Assembly (NCBI GenBank): GCA_902528175.1
Contig: CABZRN010000003.1
Location: forward strand, 18,500 to 82,499
Length of the DNA stretch: 64,000 nucleotides
Source: an uncultured Pelagibacteraceae bacterium
GTDB taxonomy: Bacteria; Pseudomonadota; Alphaproteobacteria; Pelagibacterales; Pelagibacteraceae
Direction of reading: 5' to 3'
The notes under the pieces are model-generated. The model had not been told where the DNA came from, did not search any database, and saw nothing but the letters and a program-made list of their open reading frames with translations. The translations under genes were made by a program, and so were the position numbers. Each line of letters opens with the position of its first letter. Position 1 is the first letter of the stretch. Positions 31,017 to 43,055 of the stretch are shown in pieces.

Positions 31017-33095
31017 ATGGCAAGAACACATAAATTAGATAAATATAGAAATATTGGCATCATGGCCCACATTGATGCTGGCAAAACAACAACAACAGAA
31101 AGAATCTTATATTATACTGGAAAAAGTCATAAAATTGGAGAAGTGCATGATGGTGCAGCGACTATGGATTGGATGGAACAAGAACAAGAAAGAGGCATCA
31201 CAATCACATCTGCCGCTACCACTTGTTTTTGGAATGATCATAGAATAAACATTATTGACACTCCCGGTCACGTAGATTTTACAATTGAAGTTGAAAGATC
31301 TCTAAAAGTACTTGATGGTGCAGTTGCAGTTTTTGATGGAGTAGCAGGTGTTGAACCTCAATCAGAGACAGTATGGAGACAAGCAGATAAATATAAAGTA
31401 CCAAGAATATGTTTTGTAAATAAACTTGACAGAACTGGAGCAGATTTTTTCAGATGTGTTGACATGATTAAAGACAGATTAGGGGCTAAACCTTTAGTTA
31501 TGCAAATTCCAATTGGTATTGAGGCTTCACTTCAAGGTGTTGTTGATCTTGTAAAGATGAAAGCTATTGTATGGAAAAATGAGGATCTTGGTGCTGCCTG
31601 GGAAGAAAAAGATATTCCTGCTGATCTGAAAGAAATTACAGATAAATATAGACAAGAATTAGTTGAAACAGCTGTTGAACAAGATGAAAAACTTATGGAA
31701 AGTTACTTAAATGGGGAAGAAATAAAGATTGAAGATTTAAAAAAATGTATAAGAAAAGGATGTTTAAGCTTTAATTTTGTTCCAGTTCTAACTGGATCAG
31801 CTTTTAAAAATAAAGGAGTGCAGCCGTTACTAGATGCTGTGGTAGATTATTTACCTAGTCCGCTAGACATAGGTTCAATTAAAGGTGCAAAACCAGGTTC
31901 AGATGAAGAAATTGAAATGAAATTTGAAGATAATGCTCCTTTTTCTGCTCTAGCTTTTAAAGTTGCTAACGACCCATTTGTAGGGTCACTTACTTTCATA
32001 AGAATTTATTCAGGAACTGTTAAATCTGGCACTGGAATTTATAATACCTCAAAAGACAAAGAGGAAAGAGTTGGCAGAATGTTGTTAATGCATGCTAATT
32101 CAAGGGAAGACATTAAAGAGGCTAATGCAGGAGATATAGTTGCTTTAGCTGGATTAAAGTACACAATTACTGGACATACCCTTGCAAATGAAAATATGCC
32201 AGTATTACTTGAACCTATGGAATTCCCAGATCCTGTAATCGAAATTGCCGTAGAACCAAAGACTAAAGGTGATCAAGAAAAAATGGGTGAAGCTTTAGGT
32301 AGACTAGCAAAAGAAGACCCTTCATTTAGAGTTACTTCTGATGAGGAGTCCGGCCAAACAATAATTAAGGGTATGGGAGAACTTCATTTAGACATTATAG
32401 TAGACAGAATGAAAAGGGAATTCAAAGTTGAAGCTAACATTGGCGCTCCGCAAGTAGCATATAGAGAAACAATTTTAAAAAATTCTGAATTTGATTACAC
32501 TCATAAAAAACAAAGTGGTGGAGCTGGTCAGTTTGCAAAAGTTAAATTATCAGTCGAGCCATTAGAACCTGGCAAAGGAAGAGAGGTAGAAAGCAAAATT
32601 AAAGGCGGTGCAATACCAAAAGAATTTATTCCCGGTGTTGAAAAGGGTATTGAAAGCGTTTCTGACTCAGGAATTTTAGCTGGTTTTCCAATAATAGATT
32701 ACAAAGTTACAATTTTAGATGGATTACATCATGATGTTGACTCAAGTGTTCTAGCTTTTGAATTAGCTTCAAGACAATGTTTTAAAGAAGCATGTAATAG
32801 AGCAACATTAAAATTATTAGAACCTATTATGAGAGTTGAGGTCGTTACTCCGGAAGATTACATGGGAGATGTAATTGGTGATTTAAATAGTAGAAGAGGT
32901 CAGATAAATACTCAGGAACAAAGAGGTAATGCTACAGTAATAACTGCAATGGTACCCTTGGCAAACATGTTTGGCTATATTAATGCTTTAAGATCTATGT
33001 CTCAGGGTAGAGCACAATATTCAATGTTTTTTGATCATTACGATAAGGTACCTCAAAATGTTCAAGATGAAGTGACAAAAAAAACAGGATCTTAA
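31017..33095 (+). CDS. fusA: Elongation factor G
   Basis: [24 protein letters not shown]. Confidence 0.99.
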   Translation: MARTHKLDKYRNIGIMAHIDAGKTTTTERILYYTGKSHKIGEVHDGAATMDWMEQEQERGITITSAATTCFWNDHRINIIDTPGHVDFTIEVERSLKVLDGAVAVFDGVAGVEPQSETVWRQADKYKVPRICFVNKLDRTGADFFRCVDMIKDRLGAKPLVMQIPIGIEASLQGVVDLVKMKAIVWKNEDLGAAWEEKDIPADLKEITDKYRQELVETAVEQDEKLMESYLNGEEIKIEDLKKCIRKGCLSFNFVPVLTGSAFKNKGVQPLLDAVVDYLPSPLDIGSIKGAKPGSDEEIEMKFEDNAPFSALAFKVANDPFVGSLTFIRIYSGTVKSGTGIYNTSKDKEERVGRMLLMHANSREDIKEANAGDIVALAGLKYTITGHTLANENMPVLLEPMEFPDPVIEIAVEPKTKGDQEKMGEALGRLAKEDPSFRVTSDEESGQTIIKGMGELHLDIIVDRMKREFKVEANIGAPQVAYRETILKNSEFDYTHKKQSGGAGQFAKVKLSVEPLEPGKGREVESKIKGGAIPKEFIPGVEKGIESVSDSGILAGFPIIDYKVTILDGLHHDVDSSVLAFELASRQCFKEACNRATLKLLEPIMRVEVVTPEDYMGDVIGDLNSRRGQINTQEQRGNATVITAMVPLANMFGYINALRSMSQGRAQYSMFFDHYDKVPQNVQDEVTKKTGS

Positions 33096-33097
33096 AA

Positions 33098-33406
33098 ATG
33101 GATAAACAAAATATAAGAATTAAATTAAGAGCATACGATAATAAAGTCCTAGATCAATCAACTGAAGAGATAGTTAATACAGTTAAAAGAACTGGCGCTA
33201 ATATTAAAGGTCCAATACCTTTACCAACCAAAATTGAAAGATATACCGTATTAAGATCCCCTCATATTGACAAAAAAAGTAGAGAACAATTTGAAACAAG
33301 AACTCATAAAAGATTAATAGACATTATTGAACCAACACCACAAACTGTAGAGGCATTAATGAAATTAGATCTTGCCTCAGGTGTGGATGTGGAGATTAAA
33401 ATTTAA
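33098..33406 (+). CDS. rpsJ: 30S ribosomal protein S10
   Basis: GPIPLPT, RSPH, SREQFE. Confidence 0.98.
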   Translation: MDKQNIRIKLRAYDNKVLDQSTEEIVNTVKRTGANIKGPIPLPTKIERYTVLRSPHIDKKSREQFETRTHKRLIDIIEPTPQTVEALMKLDLASGVDVEIKI

Positions 33407-34116
33407 TGATTGAAATTGGCTTAATTGGTAAAAAAATTGGTATGACTAGAGAATTCTATAAATCAGGACAATCTGTTCCAGTAACTGTTATTAAATTTGA
33501 TAGAGGTAGAGTTATACAATTATTATCAAAGGAAAAAAATGGATATAACGCAGTTCAGATAGGTTTTGGAAAAATAAAAAACTCAAAGTTATCAAAACAA
33601 ATGAAAGGATACTTTGCAAAAAAAAATACAGAACCTAAAAAAGTGCTTAAAGAGTTTAGAGTCAAAAACTTAGAAAATTTTAAAGAGGGGAACGAAGTAG
33701 GTATAGAAATATTCAAGGATACAAAATTCGTTGATATTAAATCAAAAACAATCGGAAAAGGTTTTGCTGGAGCCATGAAAAGACACAACTTTGCTGGTTT
33801 GAGAGCATCCCACGGTGTTTCAATATCACACAGAGCACATGGATCTACAGGTCAAAATCAAGATCCTGGTAAAGTATTCAAAAATAAAAAAATGGCAGGA
33901 CATATGGGTGACAAAATAAGAACAATGCAAAATATTGAAATAATTAAATCTGATCCTGATAATAATTTACTGTATTTAAAAGGATCCATACCAGGTTCTA
34001 AAAATACGCAAGTAGTAGTCAAAAAGTCAGTTAAAAATGTAAGAAAACTTACGATGAATGAAAAAATCGAGAAGATTGAAAAATTAAAAAAGATACCTGA
34101 GAAAAAGAAGAAATAA
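33406..34116 (+). CDS. rplC: 50S ribosomal protein L3
   Basis: KIGMT, GKGFAGAMKRH, KKMAGHMG. Confidence 0.98.
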   Translation: MIEIGLIGKKIGMTREFYKSGQSVPVTVIKFDRGRVIQLLSKEKNGYNAVQIGFGKIKNSKLSKQMKGYFAKKNTEPKKVLKEFRVKNLENFKEGNEVGIEIFKDTKFVDIKSKTIGKGFAGAMKRHNFAGLRASHGVSISHRAHGSTGQNQDPGKVFKNKKMAGHMGDKIRTMQNIEIIKSDPDNNLLYLKGSIPGSKNTQVVVKKSVKNVRKLTMNEKIEKIEKLKKIPEKKKK

Positions 34117-34740
34117 ATGAAGATAGATAAATTAAGTATAGATGGAAAAAAAACTTCAATTGAAGTCAAAGATAATATTTTTTCCTCAAAGATTAATGAA
34201 ACTTTAATTAGCGAAGTTATATATAAAACAAACGCAAATTACAAAGGTAGAAAATCCAAAACTAAACAAAAGAACGAGATTATTGGATCAACTTCTAAAA
34301 TTTATGCTCAAAAAGGAACAGGTAATGCAAGACACGCTAGCAGAAAGGCCCCAATATTTGTTGGCGGTGGTGTTGCTCATGGCCCTAAAGGAGAAACTAA
34401 GTACAAAAAAAGAAAATTAAATAAAAATGAAAAAAGATTAGGCATTGCTTCAATATTAACAAAAAAATATAAGTTAAATGATTTAATAATATTTAACGAT
34501 TTTTCGAAAGAGATCAAAAAAACTAAAGAAATGAATTTAATTTTAAAAAAATTTCATGCTATAAACAGTATTCTTATTCTTGATAAGACTTCAAAAAATA
34601 ATATTAATAAAGCTGTTAGGAATATTCCAAATATAAAATGTACCGATGTAAATCATTTTAGTGCATTTGATATAATTAAATATAAAAAAATAATATTTAC
34701 TGAGAGTTCATTAAAAGAATTAGAAAAAAGGTATAATTAA
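34117..34740 (+). CDS. rplD: 50S ribosomal protein L4
   Basis: QKGTGNARH, GGGVAHGP. Confidence 0.97.
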   Translation: MKIDKLSIDGKKTSIEVKDNIFSSKINETLISEVIYKTNANYKGRKSKTKQKNEIIGSTSKIYAQKGTGNARHASRKAPIFVGGGVAHGPKGETKYKKRKLNKNEKRLGIASILTKKYKLNDLIIFNDFSKEIKKTKEMNLILKKFHAINSILILDKTSKNNINKAVRNIPNIKCTDVNHFSAFDIIKYKKIIFTESSLKELEKRYN

Positions 34741-35034
34741 ATGAGTAAAATAAATTTATATGATACAATTGTAGGTCCAGTAATAACTGAAAAATCTACT
34801 AACCTATCATCATTTAACAAAGTTGTTTTTAAAGTTATTGACACTGCAAATAAAAAGAGCCTTAAAAAAAATATAGAAAAAATATTTAAGGTTAATGTTA
34901 CAAAAATAAATATTATTAATAAAAAAAATAGAACTAAGTTTACAAGAGGAAGGACAGTAAAAGTCAAAGGCTATAAAAAAGCAATCGTTACTCTTAAAAA
35001 GGGACAGAGTATTGATTTAACAACAGGAATATAA
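34741..35034 (+). CDS. rplW: 50S ribosomal protein L23
   Basis: PVITEKS, YKKAIVTL. Confidence 0.96.
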   Translation: MSKINLYDTIVGPVITEKSTNLSSFNKVVFKVIDTANKKSLKKNIEKIFKVNVTKINIINKKNRTKFTRGRTVKVKGYKKAIVTLKKGQSIDLTTGI

Positions 35035-35867
35035 TGAGTTTAAAAACATTTAAACCTTATACAAAATCTACTAGAGGAACAATTCTAGTTGATAGAAGCA
35101 AAGTTTGGAAAGGTAAACCTTACAAACCTCTTACTGCCGTAAAATACTCTTCAAGTGGAAGAAATAATCAGGGTAGAATTACTGCTAGAAATTTAGGTGG
35201 TGGCCATAAACAAAAGTATAGAATGATAGATTTTTATAGAAAAAAAAAAGGATCAAATGGTGAAGTTGAAAGAATAGAATATGATCCAAATAGATCTTGT
35301 CATATAATGTTAGTAAAATTTGATGATGGTGAAAAATATTATTATTTAGCTCCACAGGGAATAAATATTGGAGATAAAATATCAAACGGAGAAGACTCAG
35401 AAATTAAAATTGGTAATTGTTTACCATTATCTGAAATACCAGTTGGTATTAATATTCATAATGTAGAAATAAATCCTGGTGGCGGAGGAAAAATAGCAAG
35501 ATCAGCAGGTACATCAGTATCAATCTCTGGTACAGATGGAAATTATTCAATAATTAAGATGACTTCAGGAGAAGTCAGAAAAATTGATTCAAGATCATTA
35601 GCTACAATAGGAATTCTTTCAAACCCTGATCAAAAAAACATTAAAATAGGTAAAGCTGGTAGATCAAGATGGTTGGGTAGAAGACCTCATACAAGAGGTG
35701 TTGTGATGAACCCCGTTGATCATCCTCACGGTGGTGGTGAAGGAAAAAGTGCTGGCGGAAGACATCCAGTATCAAGAACTGGGCAATCTGCTAAAGGATT
35801 AAAAACAAGAGATAATAAAAGAACAGATAAATATATAATTAGAAGAAGAAAGAAGAAGAAGGGATAA
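35034..35867 (+). CDS. rplB: 50S ribosomal protein L2
   Basis: IEYDPNRS, MNPVDHPHGGGEG. Confidence 0.99.
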   Translation: MSLKTFKPYTKSTRGTILVDRSKVWKGKPYKPLTAVKYSSSGRNNQGRITARNLGGGHKQKYRMIDFYRKKKGSNGEVERIEYDPNRSCHIMLVKFDDGEKYYYLAPQGINIGDKISNGEDSEIKIGNCLPLSEIPVGINIHNVEINPGGGGKIARSAGTSVSISGTDGNYSIIKMTSGEVRKIDSRSLATIGILSNPDQKNIKIGKAGRSRWLGRRPHTRGVVMNPVDHPHGGGEGKSAGGRHPVSRTGQSAKGLKTRDNKRTDKYIIRRRKKKKG

Positions 35868-35870
35868 TTT

Positions 35871-36170
35871 ATGGCAAGGTCAGTTTGGAAAGGTCCATTT
35901 GTTGAGGAAAGCTTAATAAAAAAAGTTGAACAACAAAAAAATGATACAAACAAAAAACCAATAAAAACATGGTCGAGAAAATCGACTATAATACCAGATT
36001 TTATAGGACTAAGTTTTCTTATATATAACGGGAAAAAATTTATCCCACTAACAATATCAGAGGATATGGTAGGCCATAAATTTGGAGAATTTGCACCAAC
36101 AAGACAATTTTTTGGACACACACCAGCTGACAAAAAAGCTAAAGAGGAAGATACAAAAGATAAAAAGTAA
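35871..36170 (+). CDS. rpsS: 30S ribosomal protein S19
   Basis: [21 protein letters not shown]. Confidence 0.98.
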   Translation: MARSVWKGPFVEESLIKKVEQQKNDTNKKPIKTWSRKSTIIPDFIGLSFLIYNGKKFIPLTISEDMVGHKFGEFAPTRQFFGHTPADKKAKEEDTKDKK

Positions 36171-36173
36171 TAT

Positions 36174-36572
36174 ATGAGCAAAACAAAAAAAAATAACGAA
36201 CTAAATTTAGTAAGATCAGTCAATAAAAATATTAGATCGAGCACAAGGAAATTAAAACCTATTTTAAAAGCACTTGTTGGCAAAAAAGTTGATTTTGCAT
36301 TAAGAGACCTAGAATTTTCAAATAAGAGAATTTGCGGGGATGTAAAAAAAACTCTTGCCTCTGCAATTGCCAATGCCGAAAACAATTATCAATACGATAT
36401 AGATAAACTTGTAATAAAAGAGGCTTACTGTGGGAAACAAGTTATAATGAAGAGATTTAGACCAAGAGCAAAAGGTAGAGCAGCTCCAATAATTAAACCC
36501 TATTCAAATTTAACTATTATATTATCTGAACAAAAACAAAATCAAAAGGAGAAACATGGGACAAAAAGTTAA
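36174..36572 (+). CDS. rplV: 50S ribosomal protein L22
   Basis: [17 protein letters not shown]. Confidence 0.97.
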   Translation: MSKTKKNNELNLVRSVNKNIRSSTRKLKPILKALVGKKVDFALRDLEFSNKRICGDVKKTLASAIANAENNYQYDIDKLVIKEAYCGKQVIMKRFRPRAKGRAAPIIKPYSNLTIILSEQKQNQKEKHGTKS

Positions 36573-37215
36573 TCCGGTAGGTTATAGACTTGGTGTTAAT
36601 AGAGGATGGGACTCTGTTTGGTATGCTAAGAAAAAAGATTTTGGAAAATACTTAATTGAGGATTTTAAAATAAGAGAATATATAAAAAAAAACGTAATTA
36701 ACTCTGGTGTATCTAAAGTAATGATTGAAAGAACATCTAAAAAGTGTTTCGTCACAATTTACACATCCAGGCCAGGTTTTGTTATAGGTAAAAAAGGTAG
36801 TGATATAGAAAAAATTAAAAATAAACTATCGGCTTTAACTACCAATGAGGTTAACTTAAATATTAAAGAAGTAAAGAAGCCTGAAACTAATAGTTTTTTA
36901 GTTGCAGAAAATATTGCACAACAATTAGTTAAAAGAGTTTCTTATAGACGAGCTATGAAAAGAGCTATGCAGTCTGCTTTAAGACTTGGTGCTAAAGGCA
37001 TAAAAGTTTCGGTCAGCGGTAGATTAGGTGGAAATGAAATTGCAAGAACAGAATGGTTAAGAGAGGGAAGTATACCATCACATACACTTAGAGCTGATAT
37101 TGATTATGCTGAATCTGAAGCATTAACAACATATGGTATTATAGGTATAAAAGTATGGATTTACAAAGGAGAAATTTTCTCGAAAGAATTTAGTCAGGAG
37201 ACAAATAAAAAATAA
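36556..37215 (+). CDS. rpsC: 30S ribosomal protein S3
   Basis: [27 protein letters not shown]. Confidence 0.98.
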   Translation: MGQKVNPVGYRLGVNRGWDSVWYAKKKDFGKYLIEDFKIREYIKKNVINSGVSKVMIERTSKKCFVTIYTSRPGFVIGKKGSDIEKIKNKLSALTTNEVNLNIKEVKKPETNSFLVAENIAQQLVKRVSYRRAMKRAMQSALRLGAKGIKVSVSGRLGGNEIARTEWLREGSIPSHTLRADIDYAESEALTTYGIIGIKVWIYKGEIFSKEFSQETNKK

Positions 37216-37217
37216 TT

Positions 37218-37628
37218 ATGTTACAGCCAACTAGAACAAAATTTAGAAAAGCGCACAAGGGAAGAATACATGGAAATGCATCAAGATGTAATTCGATGAA
37301 TTATGGTTCATTCGGTTTAAAAGCTTTAGAACCGGATAGAGTAATATCAAAACAAATAGAGGCCGCTAGAGTAGCATTAACAAGACATATGAAAAGACAG
37401 GGAAGAGTTTGGACAAGAGTTTTTCCAAATATACCAGTATCAAAAAAACCTACAGAGGTAAGAATGGGTAAAGGAAAAGGATCACCTGAGTTTTGGGCGT
37501 GCAGGGTAAAACCAGGAAGAATTTTGTTTGAAGTAGATGGTGTTTCAGAGCAGATTGCTAAAGAAGCATTATACAAAGCCTCAGCTAAGTTGCCTATTAA
37601 AACTAAATTTATAAGGAGATTTTCCTGA
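37218..37628 (+). CDS. rplP: 50S ribosomal protein L16
   Basis: RMGKGKG, KLPIKT. Confidence 0.98.
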   Translation: MLQPTRTKFRKAHKGRIHGNASRCNSMNYGSFGLKALEPDRVISKQIEAARVALTRHMKRQGRVWTRVFPNIPVSKKPTEVRMGKGKGSPEFWACRVKPGRILFEVDGVSEQIAKEALYKASAKLPIKTKFIRRFS

Positions 37629-37819
37629 TGAAAAAAAGTGAATTTAAAAAACTAACTTTAGATAAAGCTAAAAAAGATCTTGAGAAACATAAGAAAGATT
37701 TGTTTAACTTAAGATTTCAACAAGTGAATGGCCAACTCACTAATACATCAAAATTTAACCTAACTAAAAAAACTATAGCAAAATTATTAACATTTATAGA
37801 GAGGAAAAAAAGTGCCTAA
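37628..37819 (+). CDS. rpmC: 50S ribosomal protein L29
   Basis: LFNLRFQ..GQL; synteny. Confidence 0.93.
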   Translation: MKKSEFKKLTLDKAKKDLEKHKKDLFNLRFQQVNGQLTNTSKFNLTKKTIAKLLTFIERKKSA

Positions 37820-38048
37820 AAAAATTCTTAGTGGAATAGTTGTGAGCGATAAACCAAATAAAACAATTACTGTATTAGTTGAACGAAAATATCAGCATCC
37901 TTTATTTAAAAAAGTTATTAAAGTTAAGAAAAAATTTAGTGCTCATGATGAAAACAATAAATTTAAAAATGGAGATAAAGTAAAGATAATAGAATGTAGA
38001 CCTTATTCAAAAACAAAAAAATTTCAAGTTATGGAGCAAAACAAGTGA
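37812..38048 (+). CDS. rpsQ: 30S ribosomal protein S17
   Basis: [22 protein letters not shown]; GTG start. Confidence 0.96.
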   Translation: MPKKILSGIVVSDKPNKTITVLVERKYQHPLFKKVIKVKKKFSAHDENNKFKNGDKVKIIECRPYSKTKKFQVMEQNK

Positions 38049-38413
38049 TACAGGTACAAACAGAGCTTAATGTGGCAGACAACACTGGTGCAAAAAGAAT
38101 AGAATGCATTAAGGTTTTAGGAGGCTCAAAAAGGAGATATGCAAGTATTGGTGATACAATTGTAGTGGCTGTTAAAGAGGCAATTCCAAAAGGTAAAGTA
38201 AAAAAAGGCTCTGTGCATAAGGCTGTAGTAGTTAGAGTCAAAAAAGGTATCCATAGAGATGACGGATCAAAAGTTAGATTTGATAATAATGCTGCCGTAT
38301 TAACTGATGATAAGGGAGAACCAATAGGTACAAGAATTTTTGGACCTGTTACAAGAGAATTAAGAGGTAGAGGACAAATGAAAATAATATCACTTGCTCC
38401 GGAGGTAATATAA
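38045..38413 (+). CDS. rplN: 50S ribosomal protein L14
   Basis: [21 protein letters not shown]. Confidence 0.98.
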   Translation: MIQVQTELNVADNTGAKRIECIKVLGGSKRRYASIGDTIVVAVKEAIPKGKVKKGSVHKAVVVRVKKGIHRDDGSKVRFDNNAAVLTDDKGEPIGTRIFGPVTRELRGRGQMKIISLAPEVI

Positions 38414-38653
38414 ATGATTAAAAAAGGTTCAGATGTAAAAATTTTAACAGGTAAAGATAAAAATAAAAGTGGTGAAGTAATTGAAGTAGATAGAAATAAT
38501 GACAGAATTAAAGTTAAAGGCACAAATATGATAAAGAAACACGTCAAAACGACAAAAGACAAAAAAGGTGGAATATTTGAAAAAGAAAATTTTATACACA
38601 TTTCAAATGTAATTATTTTAAATAAAGAAAAAAAAAAGGAAACTAGTAAATAA
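38414..38653 (+). CDS. rplX: 50S ribosomal protein L24 (short form)
   Basis: KOW GKDK, KKHVK, IHISNV; 79 aa. Confidence 0.93.
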   Translation: MIKKGSDVKILTGKDKNKSGEVIEVDRNNDRIKVKGTNMIKKHVKTTKDKKGGIFEKENFIHISNVIILNKEKKKETSK

Positions 38654-38655
38654 AA

Positions 38656-39210
38656 ATGATACCAAGATTAAAAGAACTTTACAAAAATGAAATCAAAAAT
38701 TCTTTAAAAGAAAAGTATGGTTTTAAAAATCTTAATATGTCTCCAGAATTAGAAAAAATTGTAATAAATATGGGTCTTGGTATAGACGGTAATGACAATA
38801 AAATTATTAAATCTTGTGAGGAAGATTTATCCAAAATTACTGGTCAGAAACCTGTTGTAACTAAATTCAAAAAATCTATCTCAAATTTTAAGACAAGAAA
38901 AGATACTAAAGCAGGTTTAAAAGTGACTTTAAGAAAAAATAAAATGTATGAATTTATTGATAGACTTGTAAATATTGCTTTACCACGTATTAAAGATTTT
39001 AGAGGTTTGTCAGCAAAAGGATTTGATAGATTTGGGAATTATACTTTTGGTGTAAAAGAACATATAATTTTTCCTGAGGTTAATTTTGATAAAGTAGACA
39101 AAATTAGAGGTTTGGATATCTCAATAGTTATAAAATCAATTTCAAATGAGCACAGTTTAGAACTATTAAAAAAATTCAATTTCCCATTTAAAACAGATAG
39201 GAGTAACTAA
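38656..39210 (+). CDS. rplE: 50S ribosomal protein L5
   Basis: [20 protein letters not shown]. Confidence 0.98.
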   Translation: MIPRLKELYKNEIKNSLKEKYGFKNLNMSPELEKIVINMGLGIDGNDNKIIKSCEEDLSKITGQKPVVTKFKKSISNFKTRKDTKAGLKVTLRKNKMYEFIDRLVNIALPRIKDFRGLSAKGFDRFGNYTFGVKEHIIFPEVNFDKVDKIRGLDISIVIKSISNEHSLELLKKFNFPFKTDRSN

Positions 39211-39515
39211 TGGCAAAGCTTAGTTCTATAAATAAAAATAACAGAAGAATCAAACTTTCAGATAAATTTTTTAAAAAAAGAGAAAAATTAAAAAAAATAA
39301 TAATGAACAAAAAATTATCATTAGAAGAGAGATTTAAAGCACAGCAAAAATTATCAAAATTACCAAGGAACTCTGCAAAAACAAGAGTTAGAAACAGATG
39401 TCAAATTACTGGTAGGCCCCATGGCGTGTATAGAAAATTAAAAATTTCTAGAATTGCTCTAAGACAACTAGGTCTACAGGGCAAAATACCAGGAATGGTG
39501 AAATCAAGTTGGTAG
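39210..39515 (+). CDS. rpsN: 30S ribosomal protein S14 (zinc-free long type)
   Basis: [24 protein letters not shown]. Confidence 0.97.
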   Translation: MAKLSSINKNNRRIKLSDKFFKKREKLKKIIMNKKLSLEERFKAQQKLSKLPRNSAKTRVRNRCQITGRPHGVYRKLKISRIALRQLGLQGKIPGMVKSSW

Positions 39516-39527
39516 AAAGGAAATTTT

Positions 39528-39923
39528 ATGAGTTTAAGTGATCCAATAGGAGACATGTTAGCGAGAATAAAAAATTCTCAGATGAGAAATCATAAAAGAG
39601 TGGAAATACCATCGTCTAATTTTAAAGCTAAAATTGCTGATGTTTTAAAGAATGAGGGCTATATAAATAATTTTAATGTAGAAAATAATGATAATAAAAA
39701 TACTTTAATAATAGATTTAAAATATAATTCTGGCTCTCCAGTTATTACTGTTATTGAAAGAGTTTCAAGACCAGGTAGAAGAATATTTTCTAGCGCAGAG
39801 AGCCTACCAAAAATCAATAATGGTCTAGGAATTGCAATTGTATCAACACCAAAAGGCGTTATGACTGATATTGAAGCAAGAAAACAAAAAATTGGTGGAG
39901 AGGTAATTTGTAAGGTTTTTTAA
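39528..39923 (+). CDS. rpsH: 30S ribosomal protein S8
   Basis: DPIGDMLARI, SRPGRR, STPKGV. Confidence 0.98.
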   Translation: MSLSDPIGDMLARIKNSQMRNHKRVEIPSSNFKAKIADVLKNEGYINNFNVENNDNKNTLIIDLKYNSGSPVITVIERVSRPGRRIFSSAESLPKINNGLGIAIVSTPKGVMTDIEARKQKIGGEVICKVF

Positions 39924-40462
39924 TGTCTAAAATAGGTAAAATAAATATTACAATTCCAGAAAAAGTAAAAGTCATACTTTCAGGATCTGATATAAATATT
40001 GAGGGTCCTATAGGAAAACAATCAATAAAAATCAATTTAGATGTTTTTGATTTAAAAGTAAATGAGGGAAAAGACATTACGATTAAACCTAAAAAATTAG
40101 ATGACACAACTAAAAGACTTTGGGGCATGAATAGAAGTTTAATAAATAATGCTATTATAGGATCAAGCGTTGGATTTGAAAAAATTCTTGAACTAAACGG
40201 TGTAGGATATAGAGCAGCATTAAAAGGAAATCAATTAAATCTTCAGTTAGGTTTTAGTCACGATATAAATTTTGACATACCTAGTGATATTAAAATTGCA
40301 GTTGAAAAACAAACCACAATAAAAATAACGGGTATGAATAAACAAAAAGTAGGAATGACTGCATCACAAATAAAATCTTTTAGACCACCGGAGCCTTACA
40401 AAGGAAAAGGAATAAGAGAAAAAGGTCAATATGTATTAAAAAAAGAAGGAAAGAAGAAATAA
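39923..40462 (+). CDS. rplF: 50S ribosomal protein L6
   Basis: [19 protein letters not shown]. Confidence 0.98.
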   Translation: MSKIGKINITIPEKVKVILSGSDINIEGPIGKQSIKINLDVFDLKVNEGKDITIKPKKLDDTTKRLWGMNRSLINNAIIGSSVGFEKILELNGVGYRAALKGNQLNLQLGFSHDINFDIPSDIKIAVEKQTTIKITGMNKQKVGMTASQIKSFRPPEPYKGKGIREKGQYVLKKEGKKK

Positions 40463-40818
40463 TGAAATTAAATACTATTCAAAGAAAAAAATTTAGAATT
40501 AGAAATAAACTTAAAAAGAATGCAAGAAGCGATAGATATAGATTAAGTGTTTCAAGGAGTTTAAAAAATTTCTCAGCACAAATTATAGATGATGTGAACA
40601 GCAAGACATTATTGTCAGCGTCTTCAATAGAAAAAGACATTAAAAGTCGACCTAAAACAAACAAAACATCAGTCTGTAAAATTGTTGCAGAAAAATTAGC
40701 AAAAAAAGCCATAGATAAGAATATAAAAAAAATTTATTTCGACAGAGGTAAATTTAAATATCATGGTAGAGTTAAAGAGTTTGCAGAAACTTTAAGAAAA
40801 AATGGAATGGAATTTTAA
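40462..40818 (+). CDS. rplR: 50S ribosomal protein L18
   Basis: RLSV.RS, AQIIDD, FDRG..KYHGRV. Confidence 0.97.
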   Translation: MKLNTIQRKKFRIRNKLKKNARSDRYRLSVSRSLKNFSAQIIDDVNSKTLLSASSIEKDIKSRPKTNKTSVCKIVAEKLAKKAIDKNIKKIYFDRGKFKYHGRVKEFAETLRKNGMEF

Positions 40819-41316
40819 ATGCAAAAAGATGATTTTATAGAAAAATTAGTTCACGTAAATAGAATAACTAAAGTTGTTAAAGGTGGAAGAAGATTTGGAT
40901 TTTCGGCTTTAGTAGTAGTTGGAAATCAAAATGGTAAAATCGGAATAGCGCATGCTAAAGCAAAACAAGTTCCTGATGCTATTAAAAAAGCTAATGAATT
41001 AGCTAGACGAAATTTAGTTCATATACCTTTGAGGGAGGGCAGAACTATACATCATGATATATATGGTAAAGATGGAGCTGGAAAAATAAAAATGAGAGCT
41101 GCACCTAAAGGTACTGGAATTATAGCTGGAGGTCCTGTAAGATCTGTTTGTGAAGTATTAGGTATCCGAGATGTAGTAGCAAAATCATTAGGAACGGCTA
41201 ATCCGCATAATGTTATAAGAGCTTGTTTAAAGGCTTTAAAAAAACAAAATTCACCAAAACAAATTTCTATTATTAGAAATAAAAAAATTTCAGAAATAAT
41301 AGAAAAAAGAGGATAG
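40819..41316 (+). CDS. rpsE: 30S ribosomal protein S5
   Basis: [17 protein letters not shown]. Confidence 0.98.
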   Translation: MQKDDFIEKLVHVNRITKVVKGGRRFGFSALVVVGNQNGKIGIAHAKAKQVPDAIKKANELARRNLVHIPLREGRTIHHDIYGKDGAGKIKMRAAPKGTGIIAGGPVRSVCEVLGIRDVVAKSLGTANPHNVIRACLKALKKQNSPKQISIIRNKKISEIIEKRG

Positions 41317-41766
41317 ATGTTAAACAACCTAAAAAAAATTAAACAAAAGAAATTAAGAGTAGGCAGAGGAATCGGCTCTGGTAAAGGTAAAACTTCTGGC
41401 AGAGGCGTCAAAGGTCAAAAATCAAGGTCTGGTGTTGCTATAAAAAGTTTTGAGGGAGGACAAATGCCCTTGTATAGAAGACTACCAAAAAGAGGTTTTA
41501 ATATAATTGGCAAAAAAGAGACTGGTGCATTAAATCTTGCCAAAATCCAGTCGTTTATACAATCTAAAAAAATTAAAACTACCGACAAGATTGATTTGGC
41601 ATTTTTAAAAAAACTTAAAATAGTTAAAAAAAAATTTAAAAGATTAAAAGTCCTTGGCAAGGGAGAGATAAAAGAAAAATTAAATCTAGAAGTTGATTAT
41701 CTATCTAACTCAGCAAAAGCTAAATTAGAAAAATCAGGCTCAAATGTCAAAATTATTAATAAGTAA
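41317..41766 (+). CDS. rplO: 50S ribosomal protein L15
   Basis: [28 protein letters not shown]. Confidence 0.98.
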   Translation: MLNNLKKIKQKKLRVGRGIGSGKGKTSGRGVKGQKSRSGVAIKSFEGGQMPLYRRLPKRGFNIIGKKETGALNLAKIQSFIQSKKIKTTDKIDLAFLKKLKIVKKKFKRLKVLGKGEIKEKLNLEVDYLSNSAKAKLEKSGSNVKIINK

Positions 41767-41772
41767 TTTAAA

Positions 41773-43053
41773 ATGAGTTCAATTGCCCAATCCGGAGATT
41801 TAAAAAATCGTATAATTTTTACAATTTTAATTTTAGCTATATATAGATTTGGTACTTTTGTACCTTTGCCAGGAATAGATCCAGATCAGTTAAAGATAAT
41901 GATGGAAGGTAATCAAAAAGGACTATTAGGAATGTTTAATGTTTTCGCTGGTGGTGCAGTAAGTCGGATGGCAATATTTGCTCTAGGGATTATGCCATAT
42001 ATATCTTCAGCTATTATTGTTCAATTATTAACAGGTGTTTCTGATTATTTTAAAAATTTAAAAAGCCAAGGAGAAATTGGAAGAAAAAAAATTACTCAAA
42101 TTACTAGATATGGAACTGTTTTACTTTCTACTATTCAGGGATACGGTTTATCAATAGGTCTAGAAGCTTCGTCTGGTTTAGTTATTAATCCAGGAGTGTT
42201 TTTTAAGATCTCAACAGTTACTACAATTGTTGCTGGAACAGTCTTTCTTATGTGGTTAGGTGAACAAATTACACAAAGAGGTATAGGCAACGGAATTTCT
42301 TTAATTATATTCTCCGGTATAGTTGCAGAGATTCCACGTGCATTAGTAACAACATTTGAACTAGGAAGAACTGGTGCAATTTCAACTGTAATGATAATTT
42401 TTATTTTCATATTATTAATTGCCACAATTATGTTCGTAGTTTTTATGGAAAGAGCTCTTAGAAAAATATTAATTAACTACCCCAAAAGACAAATGGGAAA
42501 TAAGATGTATGGTGGTGAGTCTTCTCATTTACCTCTAAAAATCAATACAGCTGGTGTTATACCAGCAATTTTTGCTTCTGCGTTGTTACTTTTACCAGTT
42601 ACAATGTCAAATTTTAATTTTTCCTCTAATGACACTGTAACTTCATTCGCATCATATTTTACACAAGGGCAACCTTTGTATATGTTGCTTTATGCAGCTG
42701 GAATTATCTTTTTTACTTTTTTTTATACTTCGATTACATTTAATCCAGTTGAAACTGCAGAAAATTTAAGAAAATATGGTGGATTTGTCCCAGGTATCAG
42801 GCCAGGCGAAAGCACAGCTATATATATAGAGCAAATACTAACAAGGTTAACTACTATTGGTGCTTTATATTTAACATTAGTTTGTCTAATGCCTGAGTTT
42901 TTAATCTCAAGATATCCTATACCTTTCTATTTGGGAGGTGCTTCAATTTTGATCGTTGTTGTAGTAGCTATTGATACTGTGACACAAATACAAACAAGAT
43001 TAATGAGCGCTCAGTATGAACAGTTAATCAAAAAAACTAAGTTTGGCAGATAA
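41773..43053 (+). CDS. secY: Preprotein translocase subunit SecY
   Basis: LGIMPYI, GIGNGISL, PGIRPG. Confidence 0.98.
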   Translation: MSSIAQSGDLKNRIIFTILILAIYRFGTFVPLPGIDPDQLKIMMEGNQKGLLGMFNVFAGGAVSRMAIFALGIMPYISSAIIVQLLTGVSDYFKNLKSQGEIGRKKITQITRYGTVLLSTIQGYGLSIGLEASSGLVINPGVFFKISTVTTIVAGTVFLMWLGEQITQRGIGNGISLIIFSGIVAEIPRALVTTFELGRTGAISTVMIIFIFILLIATIMFVVFMERALRKILINYPKRQMGNKMYGGESSHLPLKINTAGVIPAIFASALLLLPVTMSNFNFSSNDTVTSFASYFTQGQPLYMLLYAAGIIFFTFFYTSITFNPVETAENLRKYGGFVPGIRPGESTAIYIEQILTRLTTIGALYLTLVCLMPEFLISRYPIPFYLGGASILIVVVVAIDTVTQIQTRLMSAQYEQLIKKTKFGR

Positions 43054-43055
43054 AA

